Origin: Octopus sinensis
Taxonomy: Eukaryota
Assembly (NCBI RefSeq): GCF_006345805.1
Contig: NC_043001.1
Coordinates: forward strand, 63,736,001-63,800,000
Length of the DNA stretch: 64,000 bases
Direction: 5' to 3'
The position numbers and the translations under genes were made by a program. This document shows, in pieces, positions 54,444 through 64,000 of the stretch; position 1 is the first letter of the stretch, and each line of letters begins with the position of its first letter. The notes under the pieces are model-generated. The model searched no databases and was not told the DNA's origin. It worked only from the letters and a program-made list of their open reading frames with translations.

Positions 54444-56390
54444 TGAGCGCCATACTAATACAATTGTTTGTTTGTATTCCACCTGCCTTCGTCTTTTGTT
54501 TATTTTCATACAGCTTCCCGTTATATATATATATATATACATATATATTTATCAAAATAAAAACATGATGCAAAGGATTTAGCGGTACATATGTTTCGGG
54601 CCTTTATTAGACGGTTTATAACAATGCATAATTGATGTAAATGTGTGTCTATAGCCTTCTTCAGCCGCGTACAATTACTACTTCAAGGACATGTATTACG
54701 TTATAAGTTTTACGTTGGGGATGCAAATCCTCATAGTCGCGCACGACAGAGCGAGGCACCAGAACAAAATCAAAGCGTCCATCCCGTTTTTCACTCGATG
54801 TAGAATGATGAAGTTTGGATGTTGAGATAGAGAGGGAAGGGGTTGGGGGGAATCTTTAGTGAGTTAGGGGTCACAAAGAGGGAGGGTAGTAGGTGCAAAA
54901 GGTAGTAAAAGAGTAAAAATTACAAAAGAGTAAAAATTAAAAAATATATTTAAAAAAAGATATAAGAATATGAAAAAATATATAAGAATATAAAAAAAGT
55001 ATCTAAATATATAAATATATAAATATATAAATACATAAATACACACAGACGTGAAAAAACATGGGAATATAAATAAATAAAAATAAAGATAAAGAAGCGA
55101 AAAATAAGGACGAAAAAAAAGTAAGGATAAGAAAATTTTAAAAATATATAAAGGGATAAAGGAATATAAAGGGATGAAGAACTAAAAGGGTGGTCAGGAG
55201 ATAACGTAAGGTACGGAAAGATGACATATTCCGGTTGTTGAAGACTAAGGGTGTAATGGCGGATGTCATAAAATAACTTAAATGTCTGGAGACCAAGTGG
55301 ATGGTCGATCTCGGTTGTCTGGTTTGTGGCTAAACAGTTTATCTACTTCCTCGTAAATTGTCTTTGTTACTAATGGTCAACATGTACATACGTATACGCA
55401 TGCATACATATACACATCCACACGTATATATACATACGTACTCTCGTGTGAAAATACCGACAGGGGTACGCATATACATACGTCCCGCTACGTACAGATA
55501 CCTAAACATAAGCTAAATACATAAAAGCAAATACATTAACACGCCTCTGCATACGCACTCGTATACATACAAATACATACTCACACGTACATATATAAAG
55601 CCCGCACGTCTACACACTTATATACGTATGTGCGTACATACATAAATATCTCAATATACACATACATACGGAAAAAGGCGCATGTAGTTGGGTACAAGAA
55701 CTGACACGCATACGTACGTATACACATACACGTACATATGCACATACACACACACTCACACACACATGAGGAAGTAAATCCCTATGCTTATGTACAAACA
55801 TATGCATACACCCACACTCACGCACACATTCACACACATGAGGGAGTAAATCCCTACGCATATACACAAAAATATGCATATACGCATATGCACAGACACA
55901 GGTATAACAGGTAGATTCATTCCCGCACACATGCAAAAGGGACCAACATATTCTAAATGTCTGTCTCAGAGTGGTGTGACGGTTGCAAACCATTGTAAAT
56001 ACATTATAAGTGAGTAATTAACAAGTTAAAGAGGTGTACGGATAAATCAGAAAAGAAAGAGACAAAGAAAAAAATTTAGAAACAAAGAAAAAAAAATTGA
56101 GAAGGGATAAGATAAAAAATAAAAACAAAAATTAAAAGAATAAAAATAAAAATAAAGATAAAAATAAAAAACAAAAATAAAAATAGGGGACATTAAATTG
56201 AGCACTAGCTAGAATGAATGGAGATTAGGGAATTATAATGGACAAAAAAAGGGTAGACATGAAAGTAAAAAAATCTGAAGGTAAAAAACTTGGAAGTGAA
56301 AAAAGCATGAAAGTGAGAAAGTGTAATAGAATGTATATATATATATACACATACACACACACATATATATATACACACACACACACACAC

Positions 56391-56468
<78 letters not shown>

Positions 56469-56487
56469 CATAAACATACATATATAT

Positions 56488-57680
56488 TTGACATAGTTGG
56501 AAAATTGGGAGAATGGCTTCATGACTTTCTGAAGAATAGAAGTCAGGTGGTAACAGCCAATGGGGCCACTTCCATTAACACGCAAATAATGAGCGGTGTT
56601 CCGCAGGGCACTGTTTTGGGACCACTACTGTTCATAATGGCCCTCTCAGACATGCCCTCAGCCACGCAGAGAGCCACGATCACAAGTTATGCAGATGATA
56701 CAAAAGTTTCACAGACAATACAGAACCCTGAAGACACTAAGCACCTGCAATGTGAGCTGGACGAAATATACAAGTGGGCTGAAAAGAATAGAATGCAGTT
56801 CAATGCTGAAAAGTTTCAAGCTTTATACTATCAGCATGCAAAACTGAATGCAATACCCAATGAATACACTGGACCCGGAGGGATTGAAATCCCAGAGGCA
56901 CAATCAGTGCGTGACCTGGGTATTCACATGAGTGATGACGCGACCTTTCATGTACATGTTGCTAAACTGACAATGAAATGTAGACGGCTGGCTGGCTGGA
57001 TTCTTAGAACCTTTAGAACAAGAGAACAAGAAACCATGATGGTCCTCTGAAAGACACTTGTCCTAAGCCACTTTGACTATTGCTCTTAGCTATGGTCACC
57101 ATCCAGTGTCAAGTTGATCACAGAACTTGAGGCGATCCAACGAAGCTACACGAAGAAGATAGCCTCTGTGCAGCATATGAGCTACTGGGAAAGACTCAAG
57201 AGATTAAAGCTCTATTCCCTGGAGCGTAAGCGAGAAAGATATGCCATAATATATATCTGGAAGATCCTGGAAGGACTTGTCCCAGACTTTGGCATCGAGA
57301 GTCACACAAATGCCAGAACCGGACGCCACTGCGTAGTACCAAGGACTCCAAATTTGCCATCAAGATGTAGGACAAGATATTGTGATAGCCTGGGCTTCAG
57401 AGGCCCACAGCTCTTCAATATCCTCCCGAAGAACCTGAGGGACCTACATGGTGTAGATGCGGATGTCTTTAAAGTAGGACTGGATCTCTTCCTGTCAGGT
57501 ATCCCGGATGAAACAACTTCACGGCAGGAGGTGCAGATGAGGGCAGCTGCATCGAACTCTCTCATGCATCAGATGGCGTTTGCTAAAAAGCATCTGTGAG
57601 GTAAAATCGTGTAGCAAACCAAATGGCGGTGCCCCAGCATGGCCACAGCTCATTAGCTGAAACTGGAAAAATCAAAATCA
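56488..57680 (+). mobile_element. 5'-truncated CR1/L2-group LINE (RT with two stops) with an intact 3' tail
   Basis: [13 protein letters not shown]...SGVPQGTVLGPLLF...SYADDTKV...QFNAEKFQ...VRDLGI; YWERLKRLKLYSLERKRER; tail GGCGGTGCCCCAGCATGGCCACAGCTCATTAGCTGAAAC. Confidence 0.92.
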
Positions 57681-58170
57681 TACACACACACATACATATA
57701 TACACATACATATACATAAATAAACATATAAGGAAATAGAACTAAAAATAGAAATAAATAGAGATAAAATAAAGGTAAAAATAGAAATAAAAATAAGGAT
57801 AAAAATAAAAATAATCGACTAAAGATTAAAATGAATGAAGGTAAAAATGAAAGGTGATTGTAAAGGTAAAAATACAGGTGTGTGTAAAGGTAACCACCCA
57901 GGAAAGGGCAGGAAAACTAAGGCAGGGAGGAGGGGAAATTACTGAGTAGTCATAAGTGAAAGAGTGGGAAGCGGAGTTCAGGGGTGTGGGCTCAACATCA
58001 AAGTTAGAAATGGAAATAGATACAGGGAAAAAAATAGATATAGGAAAAAAATAGGAAAGGAATAGGAAAAAAAAATCGGAAGAAAATAGGAAAAAAAAAA
58101 ACGGGATGTGCTGGAGCTAACAAGTTGTACCTGGATGGGAGGATATTGCATGGGGAGTAAGTATAAGAGC

Positions 58171-58521
58171 CTAAGCTTTGTAGTATTTGAAAGTTTTGGT
58201 TAGTTTGTGTATACAAGAAGGCTTAAATTCGGATCTTTTATTAATTAGTTTGTGTTTCTCCTTGAATTTAATGATATTCAGGAGTTCCACGCAACATAGC
58301 TGGCACCCTGCTCTATTATTTAAATAAGGTGCAGCTGATCCGGTAATGGACCACCTGAGGTTGAAAACTATGCTATTGTCTTTTAATTCCCAACTTTTTT
58401 TAGATAGGGAGGTGCTGCTAGCCTTGTGTCTATGCCTAAAAGAAGACCGGTGGTTGTAGTATCTGGATTTCCAGGCTGACGAGCAACCTATGTAGGTGAG
58501 TGTGTTAAACTGGGTACTCAC
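58171..58521 (-). pseudogene. C-terminal PLE GIY-YIG endonuclease fragment (CxLC-containing type)
   Basis: TYIGCSSAWKSRYYNHRSSF...TSLSKKSWELK...LRWSI...CQLC..E...LINKRSEF...CIH, then stop. Confidence 0.8.
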
Positions 58522-58649
58522 CTCATATGTATATTTTTACTTTTATATATATATATTTATTGCATATCTTTTATTTTTTTATATTTATATATAATTTTTA
58601 TTTACATCTGCAAATCACATATCGTACTTTTCTTTTTTTATGAATGAGC

Positions 58650-61600
58650 TACTCCGCGTCGGTCACCAGAGTGATATTTGACCACTTTATAGAGTGTCTG
58701 AGTGTTGGTTTGGTGTTTGGAATGGGATAGCTTACCTCATAGACAGGTAGAAGCTCTTTAACCTTGGCTGGTAATCTACCTAGGAGAAAGAAATCTCCGA
58801 AATAAAACCTGAGGCCCTGGAAGTTCCTGGTTTTGTCAATTTTCATGTCACACCAGCAAAAGCCTTCTTGGGCCGATAGGTGGAATAGTGCAGTGCAAGC
58901 TACATCTACTGAAAATTATTCATCTGCACAGGTACTTAGTAAAATCATTGAAATGATTGGTTGGCAGAAACCTAAAAATGCACTTGTAACTTACTCTAAA
59001 ATGTCTCAAACAGATTCAGTAAATGGTAAAAAAGGCTTGGGAACGTCAGTGGAACAGGTCTGGCTCGGCAGGTGTCCCAGTGTATCACATGCTGCACCCG
59101 GTCGTCATCCTGCTACTGTGGTCAAACAATCTTCAAGAAAAAGTAAAAATAAACATCCTTTGAATTTCGGTTGTTGGAATGTGCGCACACTTCTTGATAA
59201 TTTGAACAAGAAGCCAGAAAAGCGTACTGCATTTATTGCAGAAATATTCCCTTGATATAGTTGCGCTCTCTAAAACTCGTCTCTCTGGCGAGGGTCAAGT
59301 AAATGAACCTACATATGGATATACTATCTTTTGGAGAGACCTACCTAAGGGTCAGCGTAGAGAATCTTGTGTTGAGTTTGCTCTCAAGAATACAATAGTA
59401 TCCTCCATTGCAGAGCTTCCAAGTGGTATATCTGAACGGATCATGTAATGCTGTATTAAACTGACAAAAGGTAGGTTTACCGTTGTCAGTATTTATGCAC
59501 CAACAATGTCCCATTCTGATGAAACTGTAGGACAGTTTTATGACGATCTAGCACGATTATTAAGGAAAGTACCAATTTCTGACAAGCTGGTCATATTTGG
59601 AGATTTCAATGCAAAAGGTGGATAGGACTATGTTTCATGGCCTGTTTTAGGTCGACATAGAATTGGAAAATGCAATAAAAATGGACTAGCTCTTTTGACG
59701 TTTTGTACTGAGAATAATCTGGTTGTCACAAACCAGATTATGCCTAAAAATTGACAGCCTGGTCCTAAGGTACCGAAAAAGTTAAATGTTGCAAACTTTA
59801 TATTATCAAGCAACTTGCAAAGATTCCACACTGCTATAGAAAGTATCAATCTTGACCCAAACAATCTATGGGAAGATTTCAAAACAAAACATTTCAGGCT
59901 GCAAGTTCGTCAGTGAGATTTAAATCTCATGAATCCAGTGACTGTTTCTCAGATAGATCAGCAGAAATTCATGATCTACTTTTAGAAAAATAAAACTTAG
60001 GCAATAAACTTCTTTCTCAGTTCTTGAACCCTAACTCAAACGAAACTTACAGAAAGCTGAAAAGGAAAGTGCAGACTGCTCTAAGGAAATTAAACAGGAA
60101 TGATGGAATGATAGAGCAAAAGGGACACAAGAAGCAGCTGATAGAAATGATGCCAAGGGTTTGTACTCTTATGTTAAGGAAGTATATGGCCCAAAATCTT
60201 CTTCAATAGCTCCATTCAGAACAGCAAATGGACGTTTTTTTCTGACTGACATCGCTTCTATTCATAAGCGTTGGGTAGGACATTTTTCTGCACTTTTGAA
60301 TAGACCATCATCCGTTGACATGAGGACGATAGAAAAAATTGAACACTTTCCAGTTATAGAAGAGATGGCATTCGAACCAACTCTAAATGACAATTATTTA
60401 GCTGTGAATAAGCTGAATAGCAATAAGTCTCCAGGGTCAGATGGAATCTGTGCAGAAGTCTTGAAATATGGGGATCACAAAATCTTGAACTCTTAAATAT
60501 ATTAATTTGTCACTATTGGAGAACTGAGAAAGAGCCTCAAGACTGGATTGTTGCCATTTTAGTCTCCTTGTATAAATCGGGGCGAAAGGATCTGTGTGGT
60601 AATTTTCGGTGGATTTTGCTTTTGTCTGTGGTTTGAAAGGTACTTGCCCGCATTTTGTTAAAACTTTTAAATACCTTTGTAGTTCTAAATATAGTTTCTG
60701 AGTCTCAGTGTGGTTTTCGTTCCTCCAGGGGCACAGCTGATTGTATCTTTACTGTCAGACAAATTCAAGAAAAGTGCATTGAACAGAATCTTGCTCTATA
60801 CCATTGCTTTGTTGATTTGAGAAAAGCATTCGATACTGTTAATCGAAATGCTCTGTGGCTAATTCTAAGGAAAATATGTTGCCCAGAAAAATTTGTAAAC
60901 ATGGTCAGGGCTTTGCATAAAAATATGAAAACTAGAGTTAATTTTGGTGGCAGGCTCTCTGAATATTTTCCTGTGGAAAATGGAGTAAAGCAATGAGATC
61001 TTGATGCACCCACCCTCTTAGCAATATACTTTGCTGTTGTGTTGTCACGTGCTTTTCAAAACTCTGAGGAGAGTATTTACATAAAATATCGAACAACAGG
61101 GAATGCTTTTAATCTGACCAGAATGAAAACGAAGGTTTTTACTTCACTAATTAGGGATCTTTTGTATGCTGACGATTGCGATCTTGTCAGTCATTCTGAA
61201 ACAGGTCTGCAATCTCTTGTATCTGCATTTGACTCAGCTTGTGATGATTTTGGCTTGACCATCAACTTGGAAAAAAAAAACAGTTGTAATGCATCAACCT
61301 GCGTGTGGTGCTGTTTGAAATCCCACTAAAATTTTTGTTAAGGGAAAGTAACTTGAGGTTGTCGATTCGTTCCTCTACTTTGGAAGCTCTGTTCAAAATG
61401 ATGGAGATCTTGATTCAGAAATACAGCTGCGAATTCAAAGGGCAGCAACAGTATTTGGTGGCTTGGAGTCACGCGTTTGGTGCCAGTGACATAAATAAGA
61501 ATACAAAGCTGGCTCTTTACAAATCATTTGTCTTACCATTTCTGTTGTATTCCTGTGAAACTTGGACTTGTTATGAAAGGAATTTTAGACTGTTAGAACA

Positions 61601-62110
61601 ATTCCACCAAAAATGTCTTCATCGCATTTTAAAAATTAAATGAAGCTCTTTTACTCCAAACACAGATGTCCTTGCATCTGTAGGCATCACCTCAATTAAA
61701 GTTATGATTTTGAGGAACCAATTGCGATGGTGTAGCCATACTGTTCGAATGGTAGATGAAAGCATGTTGAAACAGCTGCTTTATGCAGAGGGGAAACGTT
61801 ATCGGCGTAAACCAAAAAAAGGTTTAAGGACGGCATAAGTCACTTGGAATGGTTCCAGAAGATATAGAAACTCTTGCTTCGGATCGAGTTGGATGGCGAA
61901 CAAAGGTTTGGAGTGGAGTAAAAGCATTTGAAGAGGCCAGGATAACGCAAGTAAGACTCAAAAGAGATCTAAGGAAGAATGTAACGATCGAGAAGGTGAA
62001 TGACAATGACCTTTTTGTGTGCAGTCTGTGACAGACCATGCCTGTCTTTGGCTGACCTCAAATCTCATCTTCGAACGCATGGAAAACGCACCTCCACCAA
62101 CTATTCCGGG
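58650..62110 (+). mobile_element. Near full-length decayed RTE (BovB-like) LINE: APE, RT and C-terminal zinc finger
   Basis: FGCWNVRTLLD, DIVALSKTRLSGEG; ESQCGFRSSRGTADCIFTVRQIQEKC...FVDLRKAFDTVNR; DLLYADD; CAVCDRPC...LKSHLRTH; many stops and frameshifts. Confidence 0.93.
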
Positions 62111-62188
62111 AAAGACCTGTTCCCCCTGCACACACATTTTCTCCCAAATTTGTTTTTTTTAATTTTTTGGCTAAAATGCCCCGTTTTA

Positions 62189-62590
62189 GGATACGGAGGT
62201 TCCGGAAAATTGCCAAAAATCGGCATTGTTAAATTTTTACCCCCTTTCCCCCACAAATTCTTCAATTTTGACTTTTTCTCCAACACTAACCCTAACCCTA
62301 AAACCCTAACCCTAAAACCCTAACATTCACCCTAAAACCCTAACCCTAACCGTAACTACAGAAATGTTTTGAAATTTTTGTCCGAATCATAATGTCCATA
62401 TTTTTCCGCATATTTAGAAAAAAATTCTTTAAAAAAATTAAATATTTTTGAAAATTTTTTTCAGAATCATTATCTCCGTATATTTTGAAAAATTGTGAAA
62501 AAGTAAAAAACGAAGGAAATGGGGGTGGTAATTCAAAAATACCGATTTTTGCCAATTTTTTTTTTTTTTTGCAGATTCGTATTCCCCGTA
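62189..62590. mobile_element. Fold-back element with central telomere-like (CCCTAA/CCCTAAAA)n repeats
   Basis: Repeats at 62286-62356; inverted arms 62206-62244 (AAAATTGCCAAAAATCGGC...ACCCCC) and 62521-62559. Confidence 0.65.
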
Positions 62591-63224
62591 GCCGAAAAGG
62601 GGGGTCTGTATCGAAAAAAAATTTATTTTTAAGGGTGGGTTTTGGGGGGGAGTCTTGCCCTATTCTGACTATATGTCTGTGCACACCTTTGAATGTAGGG
62701 TATGCCAGGAGGTTTGAAAATCCAATGGAGGCCTCAAAAGACATGTTAAGAGCCACAAAGAGCAGAACTTATCTGCAGGTATTGGTGATCCAAATCAGAG
62801 ATGCAATCTATGTGGGTGTCTTTTCAGAACATTGTCTGGTTTAAAAACCACATCAGACGCCATGATGGTGCTAAGGTGTAGGTACAGGAGGTGGTCAAAC
62901 TCTGTATAAGGAGTAGACAACCACCATGTATGTATGCATATATGTATGTATGTATGCATGTATGTATGCATGTATGTATGCATGTATGTATGTATGTATG
63001 TCAGTTGCTTAATTTTACCTATTAAATTTCTTCCTCTAATCAAAACACCAGAGATGACAATTCTCCAAAAACCTATATTTATAGTGAAAAAAACATTTTT
63101 ACACAATAATCTTGAAAACGTGCGCGCGCGCACACACCCCCATACGTGCATGTGCGTTCGTATGTTAGTATGTATATCCATATATGAGTGTATGAGTGTA
63201 TACATAAGCCATGTCTCACATATG

Positions 63225-63575
63225 GATAAAACCAGAATGCTGAAGCCCGAATTCTGCATCAAACTTATACAAGGCAAGAGAGAGAGAGAGAGAAAGAGAG
63301 AGTCGAGATCTCGGCAGTGTTTCAAAGACCAGCTGAAATGCCACTCACCTAGGCAGGGGTAGACCCAACGAGAGGGAGTTACAGTACAAAGGCAGGTGTG
63401 GCGAGATTGCATCCAGGCCACCACAAGCAATTGAGAAGGCCAGATCGGCTGTGGCGGATGAAAAACGCTGAAGATGGAGTCATCGTCATGAACCCCGTCT
63501 GACCAAAGCGTGCATATTCGCCTCAAATGTGCCAGAATCTCTCAATCAAAGATCAGTTTGCATAGCCACTTAAGG
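63225..63575 (+). pseudogene. Second RTE C-terminal fragment
   Basis: LIQGKR...RQCFKDQLK...VWRDCI...KCARISQSKISLHSH with stops and a (GA)n expansion. Confidence 0.6.
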
Positions 63576-64000
63576 GCTGTGTTTCATGCATTTCGGACAT
63601 GAAGAACTTCTACATGCCCCGTGACCATTCCCATTTCTCTTACAAGCTTACTTTTTTCGCTTGACCACTGACACTCAGTCACACTTCTCCCAGCCTCTTG
63701 CTTTTTTCTTTACTTTTAACACTGGATTGGTTTTTTTTTTTTCACCTTTTGATCTATCTTTTCATCTCTCCGCTTTCCGTTTCCAGTCCTATAAGACACT
63801 TCCCATTGCGTTACTTATACGTATGTCTTGTCTTGTCTTAGAGCCCCACGACCTGTATTTTTTTTATATGATGTGTATTTTATTTTTGTTTGTATATTTA
63901 TATTCACGCTGTGTTCGTGTGTCGTATTTGTTTTCTTAACTGACATCAATGTCCGCTTATCATTCCCAGTAGCTTTTCGCTGTTGACTCGAAAAAGAGCA

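Noticed and set aside
54583-54616. Minus-strand CTAATAA-AGGCCC-GAAA-CATATGTA with palindromic ACATATGT
   Set aside because: Probably a decayed HHR, but two core Gs are lost and stem I does not pair, so it was not counted.
62286-62356. True chromosome end
   Set aside because: Short, degenerate and flanked by ordinary sequence on both sides.

Overview
Gene-poor animal DNA made almost entirely of transposon debris and microsatellites. The SINE families, their CR1-type tails and the (TA)n/(CAYA)n/(TAA)n load look like octopus (inference from recalled repeat motifs, not a search). No intact host gene or intact transposon ORF was found, and the long ORFs in the track are microsatellite read-throughs. 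Recognisable elements: Penelope-like (PLE) RT and GIY-YIG remnants, R4/Dong-type endonuclease fragments in (TAA)n arrays, CR1, RTE and Tx1/L1 fragments, Tc1, mariner and Tigger DNA transposons, non-autonomous Helitrons, MITEs and tRNA-derived SINEs. The signal the ORF track misses is RNA-level: 11 type I hammerhead ribozyme (HHR) motifs from about 7 sequence families, mostly in PLE-type 3' ends sitting in microsatellites. They include a U3-A8 core variant present twice, a convergent inverted pair, a direct tandem pair, and a cassette in which a Penelope ORF end runs into a tRNA-like Pol III promoter and then an HHR. Several fold-back inversions and tandem duplications are also present, some possibly assembly artefacts. 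All folds and alignments were done by eye, so coordinates may be off by a few bases.
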